Program-made: the position numbers and the translations under genes
The notes under the pieces: generated by a model
The model's input: only the letters and a program-made list of their open reading frames with translations
The model's database searches: none
Told to the model about the DNA's origin: nothing
Source: an uncultured Ignavibacterium sp.
GTDB lineage: Bacteria; Bacteroidota; Ignavibacteria; Ch128b
Direction of reading: 5' to 3'
Length of the DNA: 64,000 nt
Assembly: GCA_964454895.1 (NCBI GenBank)
Contig: CAYVTW010000011.1
Location: forward strand, 8,264-72,263
Shown here: piece by piece, positions 18,101-26,003 of the stretch
Numbering within the stretch: position 1 is the stretch's first letter
How the letters are laid out: each line of letters opens with the position of its first letter

Positions 18101-20607
18101 ATGGAATAAAAGACTTTGGCGAAGTGGGTATTCCAAATGTCTTAATAAAGTTGTGGGGAACATCAGCAAACTTGATTGCGACTACTCTAACCAATACTCA
18201 AGGTCAATTCGTATTCACTGGTGTTTTGCCTGGTCAATATCATGTTCAAGAAATAGATCCTCCAGGATATATTAGCACAACACCAAATTCCTTCTTCATC
18301 ACTGTTTCTTCTTCAAATGTAACGAATATTCTATTTGGAGATAAGGTAAAACCAACACCTGAACCTTGTGATTTAACAAAGTATGTAACTTACACACAAG
18401 ATCAATGGTGTCTTGATCCTGCAAAATCATTACTACTAAATAAATTCAATCAGATTTTCCCAAGTGGTTTCAAAATTGGTGATGCTGGTTCTCCTTACAC
18501 CATTACATTTACAAACGGAACAGCATTAAAGAATTTCTTACCACAAATTGGTGCTCCGGGTCAGTTAAATATGAATTATGTTAATCCAGCTACAACACCA
18601 GCAGGTCAATTTGCTGGAAATGTTGCTGCGTTGGCGCTAAATATTGCATTCAACGATTCAGGATTACTTGGTTCAACATCAACCACAAAACTTGGTAACC
18701 TTGTTGTTGCATCAGGGCCAATGAAAGATTACAAAGTTTATGAAGTTCTCTTACTTGCAAACAAAGCTCTTGGTGGTGGCACAACCCCATTCTCCATCCA
18801 GACTCTTAACGATGTTGTGTCAAAAATTAACTACAACTTCGCTTGCAATTGCAATTATGGTTATTTGATATGCCCACCTCTACCAGACTCTTGCGGTGGT
18901 GGATTTGATGCTGGTGTTGAATCAAATGCAAATCTTGCAGACTTATTATTGCAAAGATTAACAAAGATTGAATATGGAATGACAACAAAGATACTCCGTA
19001 ATCCAAAAGCTCCATTTTCAGCAAGTCTTGGATTGCGAGATATTTTCCCACCAGTTGGTCCAATGGGTTCAAGACCAGTTGAATCAACTCCATTTGATAT
19101 TCTTGGAATTTCCAATGCAACATCAGCCTATGCTATTGATTACAATCTCTCACTAGCAAAAGGTGATGTAAGAATTGCGAGCGTCTTCGCAACTACTACA
19201 AATCCACCTTACATTTATGAACACACAAAGGCTATCTGCGATAGATTGATAAATGCAGAACTTGATTACATCTCTCAAGTGAAAATAGATAATCATTACT
19301 TCTTCGCATCAGTTCTTGATAAAGCTGAAGAGGGAGTGAAAGACTATACAATTCACTTCAGCATTTACGAAGTTGGAAACAAATTCCTTGTAGATTCTAG
19401 ATGGTTGATCGAAGAGTATGAAGTTCCAGCCAATGCATCTAATGTTTATAATTTCCAAGTATGGGGAAGCAACTTCCAGAATGCGATTTATCTATCTGAA
19501 TTGATACTTGAACAATTCAAGTCAAAAGGTAAAGTCGAGTATCTCAATAAGAGCGCCGTCCCAACTTCACTTGTTTATGTGAAGAAAGGAAAATACAACC
19601 ACAACGGAACCATAGAATTGATCGTTAACAACGAACAGATAATATCTGATAATATCACGATCAAATTCAAAGCACGAGAAGTCCAAGGTGGTGCAAAGAA
19701 TGAATTCGTAAGAACATTCCAGATTAATCCAGGACTGAATACCCTGCTTATCAATACTGGAGTTCTTTCTGATGCCAATGTTTATATCAGCACAACAAAT
19801 GGCTTCAAAGATGAAATCTTTGTTAGCGGTGGTGCATATACATATTTGAGTGGCAGTGCTTCAAAAGTCAATGAATTCATAACAAATACTTTCTCTACAC
19901 CTTCATTGAATTCATTGCCAAAAGAATCTATGGTTTTGAGTGGTGGCGCAAGAATCAAAGGACAACTCGGTGATTGGATGACATTGTTTAGATCATTGAC
20001 AGCTAACACTGCACCATATGATTTAAGCGATTATGATGCAATTAGATTCACAATTCGTGGTTATGGAAATGTTCAAGTAAGATTTGAACAAGATGGTATA
20101 AAGAATTTTGATTATCATTCCAAGAAGGTCACTCTCGACGGTTCCGAGCAAGAATTGACTATACCATTCAGTGAATTCAAACAAATGAATGGAAACAAAC
20201 CTCTCGATCCAAGACTTATCAGAAAGCTATCAGTGATGATAAGTAAGAATGAGAATCCAACTCTAAACAATGTGGATGTTGAGATTAAGAACATAGTATT
20301 CTTGAAGAAACACAATGATGGTTCTACAAATACCGAGATACCAAAAGAATTCAAACTTGCTCAGAACTATCCTAACCCATTCAATCCAAGCACCTTAATT
20401 GAATACTCGGTTGCAAAACCAGAACGAATTACGATCAAAGTTTACAATGTTTTAGGAAAAGAAATTGCAACATTAGTTGATGAAGTAAAAGAGCCGGGCG
20501 TCTACTCAGTTAGATTTGATGCAAGTCAATTAAGCTCTGGAATTTACTTCTACAAGTTGCAAAGTGACTCATACAATGCAGTACGCAAGATGATTTTGCA
20601 GAAGTAA
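15187..20607 (+). CDS. Giant T9SS-sorted cell-surface adhesin-like protein (duplicated N-terminal module, 7 SdrD-B/Cna-B repeats, CBM-like domain, C-terminal Por sorting domain)
   Basis: GGAGG RBS at 15177-15181 favours ATG 15187 (MKPLIQNQ... signal peptide) over track start 15175. Seven approximately 120-aa repeats carry the SdrD B-type signature (GDxVWxDLNxNGIQDxGExGxPNxxVKL...TTNSxGxYxFxxxPxGxYxI). The module CDLSKFVTYTQGGW...GGTTPYTISQLNEAV recurs as CDLTKYVTYTQDQW...GGTTPFSIQTLNDVV. The C-terminus LAQNYPNPFNPSTLIEYSV...GIYFYKLQ is a T9SS C-terminal domain. Confidence 0.8.
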   Translation: MKPLIQNQFWPIIKLVVSFLMIIGLIFPTNSNAQSSNCDLSKFVTYTQGGWGNKGGKTCSGVTFITVKQLETGAEVSKGNGTDKLGSNTTFTFPNGKSVVIHTSCSQPIYIGMTVTADGFTYKITQLTTIPSSTTSNPGTIRDLYFSDVFPTGLEVGGIYKLKLTSAYAVEKFLPQGGSPKALDKNYTDPTSTKAGVFAGQVVALKMNVAFNDAGKIGSGPVKLGDLIVTAGPLAGKTVYQVLDLANIALGGGTTPYTISQLNEAVTDINENFKDGKYNKGFLRCPDLPQLGSISGTVFFDVNGDGTMNNDEFGLPNVKVYLYSNSILIDSTFTNESGFYKFSNLNAGNYSVKVVDPYMLILTNPPNPKSVILASGEAKNNINFGYKCGQQLAKISGYVYVDANLNGIKDPGEAPLANVTIKLYDQDGVIIGTTTTNSSGYYEFSGLIPGIYTIEEIDPDLYRSTTPNYINLTLLAGQHSQNNNFGDILSADICGMVFNDENGDGVRQPSELGISDVLIELFEMPSGSFVASTITGVNGEYCFGYLIPGTYKIKQTDLPGYISTTPNEIVRTVNQGDKSYNNNFGDKIVTIMKGSIGDFVWNDLNKNGIQDPGELGMPNVIVKLYDCSNNWIKEITTNSNGYYKFDSLNPGSYQILIQLPSGYAFSPANQGSDDTKDSDIDPLTWKSHCISLLSGQNITNVDAGIYELPTCSIGDRVWNDLNKNGIQDAGEPGVPNIKVKLISCSTSNVVAITTTNSSGNYVFNNIPSGNYQIKFYDLPNNWVFTTKDAGSNDLIDSDADPSTGMTICFNVDQFNCDSNSTRWDAGIYFNPPQQFCSIGDKVWEDLNINGIQDPNEPGVANIKVTLFACSTSTPIDVKYTNAQGNYLFSNVPAGNYYIKFENIPTGYAFTFKDVGSNDLLDSDVDPLTGKTACFPVDPNDCENNSVKWDAGIYICPPTFEVSGMVFNDLNGNGIKDFGEVGIPNVLIKLWGTSANLIATTLTNTQGQFVFTGVLPGQYHVQEIDPPGYISTTPNSFFITVSSSNVTNILFGDKVKPTPEPCDLTKYVTYTQDQWCLDPAKSLLLNKFNQIFPSGFKIGDAGSPYTITFTNGTALKNFLPQIGAPGQLNMNYVNPATTPAGQFAGNVAALALNIAFNDSGLLGSTSTTKLGNLVVASGPMKDYKVYEVLLLANKALGGGTTPFSIQTLNDVVSKINYNFACNCNYGYLICPPLPDSCGGGFDAGVESNANLADLLLQRLTKIEYGMTTKILRNPKAPFSASLGLRDIFPPVGPMGSRPVESTPFDILGISNATSAYAIDYNLSLAKGDVRIASVFATTTNPPYIYEHTKAICDRLINAELDYISQVKIDNHYFFASVLDKAEEGVKDYTIHFSIYEVGNKFLVDSRWLIEEYEVPANASNVYNFQVWGSNFQNAIYLSELILEQFKSKGKVEYLNKSAVPTSLVYVKKGKYNHNGTIELIVNNEQIISDNITIKFKAREVQGGAKNEFVRTFQINPGLNTLLINTGVLSDANVYISTTNGFKDEIFVSGGAYTYLSGSASKVNEFITNTFSTPSLNSLPKESMVLSGGARIKGQLGDWMTLFRSLTANTAPYDLSDYDAIRFTIRGYGNVQVRFEQDGIKNFDYHSKKVTLDGSEQELTIPFSEFKQMNGNKPLDPRLIRKLSVMISKNENPTLNNVDVEIKNIVFLKKHNDGSTNTEIPKEFKLAQNYPNPFNPSTLIEYSVAKPERITIKVYNVLGKEIATLVDEVKEPGVYSVRFDASQLSSGIYFYKLQSDSYNAVRKMILQK
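16060..18330 (+). repeat. Seven tandem approximately 360-nt intragenic repeats (SdrD-B-like domains) within the giant adhesin gene
   Basis: Nucleotide-level similarity visible e.g. 16968-17075 vs 17319-17425 vs 17693-17800 (...ggtgaYaRagtWtggRaWgaYttRaatAWaaaYggWatacaRgat...). Confidence 0.7.
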
Positions 20608-20634
20608 TTCTGCATTAACGCTCCCTTCCTGCTG

Positions 20635-20668
20635 AAAACCCGGACAGTTGGTCCGGGTTTTCTTTTTT
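20635..20668. terminator. Bidirectional intrinsic terminator between convergent genes (AAAACCCGGAC-agttg-GTCCGGGTTTT + CTTTTTT)
   Basis: 11-bp stem with A/U-rich arms giving U-tracts on both strands; 28 nt after the adhesin stop (20605-20607) and 46 nt after the minus-strand lipoprotein stop (20714-20716). Confidence 0.6.
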
Positions 20669-20713
20669 AAACTAATATAAGATCGTCTTATTGAACCGTT
20701 TTCAAATAATTAC

Positions 20714-21145
20714 CTAGTCTAGACTAAATTCTTGTTTCGATTCAGAAATTTGATTCCCAAATAAATCTTTTCCACGCAAAACAATTTCATATTTCCCATG
20801 TGGATAAGTTTCATCAAGAATAAAACTAACTTCTAGATTTATGTATTTTCCAAATTTTTCTGCCTGAACTCCTAGAGTATCAAGCCTTGCAATAGAATTA
20901 ATTATCTTTCTATCTGGTGTAATTAAATCAGCTTCAAGCAAAATGTGGAATTTATAATTACCATCTTCTTTAATTGATTTAAATCCTTCAACCTTAGATG
21001 ATACATAAACTTCTTGTTGAGTTGCTTCCTCATCTAAAGGTATCGAATAAATGTCTAAGTCATATACTCTGAAATTCAAAGGTTCTTCTCTAGCACAACT
21101 AATAACTAACAAAGAAATAACGAGAGGAATAATCATTAACCTCAT
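20714..21145 (-). CDS. Small lipoprotein of unknown function
   Basis: Track lists this ORF as '+', but the + frame has an immediate stop (cta gtc tag); the reverse complement translates to the listed protein. Lipobox LLVISC after a signal peptide; the probable start is the internal ATG (MRLMIIPLV...) at 21143-21145 rather than the GTG at 21157. Confidence 0.5.
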   Translation of the reverse strand: MRLMIIPLVISLLVISCAREEPLNFRVYDLDIYSIPLDEEATQQEVYVSSKVEGFKSIKEDGNYKFHILLEADLITPDRKIINSIARLDTLGVQAEKFGKYINLEVSFILDETYPHGKYEIVLRGKDLFGNQISESKQEFSLD

Positions 21146-21219
21146 ATTTAACCTCACTTATTAGTCATTAAATTCGTGCTTAAATAGAGCTAATACTAAT
21201 TTCAATCAAAACTTAGCCA

Positions 21220-24036
21220 CTATTTTATAACAACCATTTTCTTTTCTTGAGTGAAGTATTCAGTCAATAATCTATAAAAATAAACTCCACTTGTTAGATT
21301 TGATGCATCAAAAGATTTTAAATAAGAGCCAGCTTTCTGAAAATCATCAACAAGCGTAATGACTTCCTGACCGAGTGCATTGTATACTTTTAATTGTACT
21401 TTTGTATCAATAGGTAAATCATAACTTATATAAGTTATGGGATTAAACGGATTAGGATAATTTTGATATAATTCAAACTTTGACGGTAAGATTTCATTTG
21501 AATATTCAACTGATGTTAATAAACCAGGTTCAGGTAGTGGTAATTTTTTAGTGGTAAAAATTCTAAACTCACCTGGTTGAAGATTTATAGTCATCTGTGT
21601 GTTTGTTACATTTAAGCTATCACCATAAAAATAATTATACCACCAACCTGTATTTTGAAAGCTTGGAGTAACTGTCCTTTGAATCACATCGAAGTTTCCA
21701 ACAATTGCAACATTCATAGAGTCATGATTTAACCATAATCGTTTGACAGCACCACTAAAATCTGTTGTGAAGTTAGTTGTCCTATTAAAAACAGCATAAC
21801 TTTTTCTTAAATCGATCAATGTTGCAAATGTTTTATATAATTTATTTCTGTTCACATCTAAAAAATATCCCCATCTAATTGGCTTAGGTCCAGTTCTTCC
21901 ATTGTAATCGATCGAATAATCATACCCAAGTTCGCCAAATTGCCAGATCATTTTTGGACCAGGGACAGTGAAGAAAAATGCAGCAGCAAGTTTAATTCTT
22001 TCTAGAGCAGTTGCAAGATTTTTAATGTTATAATTACCACTCGAATTACCATACATTAAATTCTTATACATCAATCTTTCTTCATCATGGCTTTCCATAT
22101 ACCCAATCAAATGCGGTTTTGAAAATCCACGAGCTTTGTAAGAAATACGTGTGAAATCTGATTTTCCTCCATCGTGCCAGCCCATTGTTGCCTCATTGTA
22201 GTTGTAATTTAAATTACCCCAGCTAAGCATTCCATAATTGGTTAAAACTTGTTCTTCAGAGTCAACAGCAAAATGTTCTAAAATTACATAAGCAGTTGAG
22301 TCATATTTCCAAATCGAATCAGCATAAGCTTTGAGAATGTTAATCCTCGATTGGTCATATTGTCCCCATAGACCTACATCGTTACCAGAGTTTGTTTGAG
22401 TAAATCCTTTAGATAAGTCAAATCTGAATCCATCAACTTTATACTCTTGCAGATAAAACTTCAAAGCACGAGCGACCAATTCTTTTGTTGCTTGACTTTC
22501 GTGATTAAAATCGTAACCAACATTATAAGGATGACGAGCAACAGGATTAAAATATGGACTATTTGCAGCAGGTCTCTGATTTGTTTCATCCCACCACATC
22601 CGAACAAGTGAAGACTGACCAAAATTGTGATTGAATACAACATCAAAAATCACAGCAAAACCCATTTGGTGAGCTTTATCAATGAATGCTTTTAGATCAT
22701 TCTTTGTGCCGTAATATTTATCCATTGCAAAATAAAAAGTTGTGTTATATCCCCAGCTTTCATTTCCTTCAAATTCATTTACTGGCATTAATTCAATGGC
22801 ATTAACACCAAGTTTCTTTAAGTAATTTAATGTATCAGCTAATGTCTTATAATTAGGAGTAGTTAAAAAGTCTCTTACGAGCAACTCATAAACTACAAGT
22901 TGAGTTTTATCAGGCCTTTGAAAGTTTGTAACCTGCCAATTGTACTTTGACTCATTAATTTGAAATACTGAAACTAAGTGAGTTGTTTTTCCAAATGGAT
23001 AAGGTTTAAGATTTGGATAGACTGTCGAAGGAATATATTGATCATTCCATGGATCAAGAACTTTTTCTGTAAAAGGATCTGCAACTTTTAGCCTACCATC
23101 GATATAGTACTGATAGCCATACTCTATATTCGGATTAAGGTTATTTATTTGAATCCAATAACGATTTCCATCAGGAGTACGCTTCATGTAATAACTAGGA
23201 TCAACCTCCCAATTTGTAAAATCTCCAATCACATAAACATAATTTTTATGAGGTGCATATAAACATAAAATCACGCTCGTACTATCAACAACATTTACTC
23301 CTTCCTGAATACCTAGTGGCAATGGTGCTGTTTGAACTGGTGCTCTAACAATAAAATAATTCGAGTCGACTTTTATATTGCCCTGTGCATCTGTGGCAAC
23401 AGCGCGCAAATTGTATCGTCCATAATTAAAAAACATCATTGTTCGCGAAAGATAAAATGTATCCGTTTGAGCAATTAATGAATCGTTTAGATATAGCTTT
23501 AAATTGACTGAACCAGCAGATGCTGCCGTAATTGTAAAATTCTGAGCTGTATTTATAATCGTCCCCTTTTCGATTGGATTTAAGAAACGAACATTCAATC
23601 CTGGTTTATATAGTGGAAGGAAAATATCACTACCATCTACATCTCTCCCAACTTTACTTCCATCTGCGTTTCTGAAAACAAATGCTAATCTCAAGATATC
23701 TTCCGAATCAGGTACACCATAATATTGTGGGATGTTTATCGTAATTCTCCAAATGTTATTTCCGATGTATTGAATTGGTGGTTGATTGACCGGAGAACCC
23801 CAAGTAGTTTTAACGTATCGCCAATCATTTGGATGCCGACTTAGATTTGTAATCACACCAGTGTGAACATAAATTGGAAAAACTCCAATTAGTGCTCCGT
23901 TCCCTTTTGTTACATCATAATCAATTGTGATTACATCATTTCGAGTTGCAAAGTAAGGTGTCCATTGAAGAACCTGAGAATTCAAAATTCCAGATGTAAT
24001 GAGAATGAGTAAAGCTAAAATTTTTAATGACTTCAT
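21220..24036 (-). CDS. GH13-family alpha-amylase/pullulanase-type glycoside hydrolase with E-set/CBM48-like N-terminal domains and T9SS C-terminal sorting domain
   Basis: GH13 conserved regions I-IV present: FDVVFNHN, VDGFRFDLSKGF, YVILEHFA, YMESHDEER; N-terminal beta-sandwich domain (VYVIGDFTNWEVDP...); C-terminus LYQNYPNPFNPITYISYDL...GVYFYRL is a T9SS CTD; N-terminal signal peptide. Confidence 0.8.
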   Translation of the reverse strand: MKSLKILALLILITSGILNSQVLQWTPYFATRNDVITIDYDVTKGNGALIGVFPIYVHTGVITNLSRHPNDWRYVKTTWGSPVNQPPIQYIGNNIWRITINIPQYYGVPDSEDILRLAFVFRNADGSKVGRDVDGSDIFLPLYKPGLNVRFLNPIEKGTIINTAQNFTITAASAGSVNLKLYLNDSLIAQTDTFYLSRTMMFFNYGRYNLRAVATDAQGNIKVDSNYFIVRAPVQTAPLPLGIQEGVNVVDSTSVILCLYAPHKNYVYVIGDFTNWEVDPSYYMKRTPDGNRYWIQINNLNPNIEYGYQYYIDGRLKVADPFTEKVLDPWNDQYIPSTVYPNLKPYPFGKTTHLVSVFQINESKYNWQVTNFQRPDKTQLVVYELLVRDFLTTPNYKTLADTLNYLKKLGVNAIELMPVNEFEGNESWGYNTTFYFAMDKYYGTKNDLKAFIDKAHQMGFAVIFDVVFNHNFGQSSLVRMWWDETNQRPAANSPYFNPVARHPYNVGYDFNHESQATKELVARALKFYLQEYKVDGFRFDLSKGFTQTNSGNDVGLWGQYDQSRINILKAYADSIWKYDSTAYVILEHFAVDSEEQVLTNYGMLSWGNLNYNYNEATMGWHDGGKSDFTRISYKARGFSKPHLIGYMESHDEERLMYKNLMYGNSSGNYNIKNLATALERIKLAAAFFFTVPGPKMIWQFGELGYDYSIDYNGRTGPKPIRWGYFLDVNRNKLYKTFATLIDLRKSYAVFNRTTNFTTDFSGAVKRLWLNHDSMNVAIVGNFDVIQRTVTPSFQNTGWWYNYFYGDSLNVTNTQMTINLQPGEFRIFTTKKLPLPEPGLLTSVEYSNEILPSKFELYQNYPNPFNPITYISYDLPIDTKVQLKVYNALGQEVITLVDDFQKAGSYLKSFDASNLTSGVYFYRLLTEYFTQEKKMVVIK

Positions 24037-25169
24037 TTTAAGTACTCCATCTTTTTTGACTCATTATAATCACCAATTTGAATTGAGTATATGTATGTCC
24101 CACTACTCAAACGATAATAATATCCGTCTAACTCAATTTGATGATAACCATCAGAGTTTATTTGTTGAGTTAGCTTTGTAATTTCTCTACCAAGAGTATC
24201 AGTAACTCTGAATGTTAATGTTTTACCAACAAAATCTTTAGGAATAAAATATCTTATTTGAGTTGAGTAATTAAATGGATTAGGATAATTCTGATATAAT
24301 ATAAACTTTGTTGGTATTAAACTTAATTCTTCAACCAAGGTTTGTGGAAGAGCTGGACTTCCTGCATTAATCCAGGCAGTGTAAATCAAAGAACCAAGTC
24401 GATTACTCGCTTTTTGAAAAAGATATTTTGTGAATGTTGACGAGTTGTTCCACAAGTGTAAATAGTAAGTTTCGCTGCTTGTATTCCCAGCAATTGATTT
24501 CGCAATACTGTCTGCTCTTAAAACATCATCAAGATATGAATAAGATTCAAATAAATAATTGAAAATAAACTCAAGAGGATTTTGAATATAAGTGACAGGT
24601 TCTGTTGAGAAAGTGAATGAGCTTTGATAACGATTAATCATTTGCGTTTCGTATCTCGAATGAATTCCTTTTTGACCTGTGAATTGACCATCGTAATTTC
24701 TAGTGATATGCAATGGTTGATGCCCATCAGCTACATAGTGACCTAAATCAGCTGCAATTAATTTTGCTCTATCCCAATCTCTTCTTTGTAATGCTGAAGT
24801 TAAAGAATCAAGCGTATTCTTAGTTGCCCAAGGAAGTATTCCTTGCTGCCAGACATAATCCCAACCATATCTCGCAATTAAAGTATCAATTGAATAAGGG
24901 AAATTACCCGTAAAAAATTCTTGATAATTATCTATATCGATATAATGCTTATTTCCTTCAGTTGGATCAGAACCTTTTCTATAATCAGCATCTGATGCGT
25001 GTTGCGCTAAAAATTCTGCCCAAAGATGATAACCAACCATCTCAGGTGGAAAATGTTTGGTAGAATTTCGATTAATTAAACTGTGCCCAACGCTTCCCCA
25101 ACCAAATATTTCTCTTGCAACTACAAATAAAAATATTATTGAAAAAGAAATAGAAATCAATCTCTTCAT
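24033..25169 (-). CDS. Secreted S1/P1-family zinc nuclease with T9SS C-terminal domain
   Basis: Signal peptide then WGSVGHSLI (N-terminal Trp/His zinc ligands of S1/P1 nucleases), ...DADYRKGSDPTEGNKHYIDID, HQPLH; C-terminus LYQNYPNPFNYSTQIRYF...GTYIYSIQ (T9SS CTD). Overlaps GH13 gene by 4 nt. Confidence 0.7.
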   Translation of the reverse strand: MKRLISISFSIIFLFVVAREIFGWGSVGHSLINRNSTKHFPPEMVGYHLWAEFLAQHASDADYRKGSDPTEGNKHYIDIDNYQEFFTGNFPYSIDTLIARYGWDYVWQQGILPWATKNTLDSLTSALQRRDWDRAKLIAADLGHYVADGHQPLHITRNYDGQFTGQKGIHSRYETQMINRYQSSFTFSTEPVTYIQNPLEFIFNYLFESYSYLDDVLRADSIAKSIAGNTSSETYYLHLWNNSSTFTKYLFQKASNRLGSLIYTAWINAGSPALPQTLVEELSLIPTKFILYQNYPNPFNYSTQIRYFIPKDFVGKTLTFRVTDTLGREITKLTQQINSDGYHQIELDGYYYRLSSGTYIYSIQIGDYNESKKMEYLK

Positions 25170-25171
25170 TT

Positions 25172-25591
25172 TTATTCTCCAATTAATTGAACGATTATTT
25201 TTCTTTGTCTTGCTCGATTATCAAAATCTATAAATACAATTTGCTGCCATGTACCAAGTAGCAAATGCCCTTTTGAAAAAGGAACTTGAAATGACGAACC
25301 AAGCATGGATGATCTCAAATGCGAGTAACCATTTCCATCGCCCCATGTTCTATCATGATGATAGGGCCGATTTGATGGGATTAGTTTTTCGAAAAGTTCT
25401 GGTAAATCTTTTAATAGTCCTGGTTCATACTCTATTGTTGTAATTCCTGCAGTCGAACCAACTGCAAATACTAAAGCATTGCCTTCTTTTAATCCACTTT
25501 GTGTTATGATTTCTTGAACTTTTGTTGTTATATCAATTATATCTGTATTTCCTCTTGTGTTAATCTCTATTTTTTCCGTTAAAATCTTCAT
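25172..25591 (-). CDS. YjbQ/UPF0047-family protein (secondary thiamine-phosphate synthase-like)
   Basis: 139 aa; ...DITTKVQEII..SGLKEGNALVFAVGSTAGITTIEYEPGL..D...HDRTWGDGNGYSHLRSSMLGSS..VPF..G.LLLGTWQQI.F.DFD are the conserved blocks of the YjbQ family. Confidence 0.75.
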   Translation of the reverse strand: MKILTEKIEINTRGNTDIIDITTKVQEIITQSGLKEGNALVFAVGSTAGITTIEYEPGLLKDLPELFEKLIPSNRPYHHDRTWGDGNGYSHLRSSMLGSSFQVPFSKGHLLLGTWQQIVFIDFDNRARQRKIIVQLIGE

Positions 25592-26003
25592 AGATATTAA
25601 AACCTATTTGTTAAACATTTCTTTTGATAATATAAGATAAACAGAAGTAAATTTTTTTGGAAAAATGATTACATGTTTGATATTCAAAATTTTGACAACG
25701 GATTCTATAAATTCTGTATAATACAAACTCATGAAGACTTGCCTATAATTAGTGAGTGTTCCTCTTATTTTCACAATAGATGTACTCACTGATTTCATTC
25801 ATAAAAAATGAAACCTAGCTAAAAATTCTATCTTTAACTAAGTGAGCTATAGACTAAATATTTAGTTTTTATTTTTTCACTGTGATTTATTTAGTTGATT
25901 ACACTAATCGCAAATAACCTCAGGTGTATCTAATAGGAAGAAATTTATATAAAAGTTAGAAATTATTCAGGGAGAGACATACTAATTCAAAAATTGACAA
26001 GTT

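Noticed and set aside
18827-20354. Minus-strand ORFs (60-100 aa) inside the adhesin gene
   Set aside because: Antisense to the repeat-bearing CDS; repeat periodicity explains their openness.
25604-25798. 64-aa minus-strand ORF in the yjbQ upstream gap
   Set aside because: Compositionally biased (K/I/F/Y), no signal or motif; likely chance ORF in AT-rich DNA.
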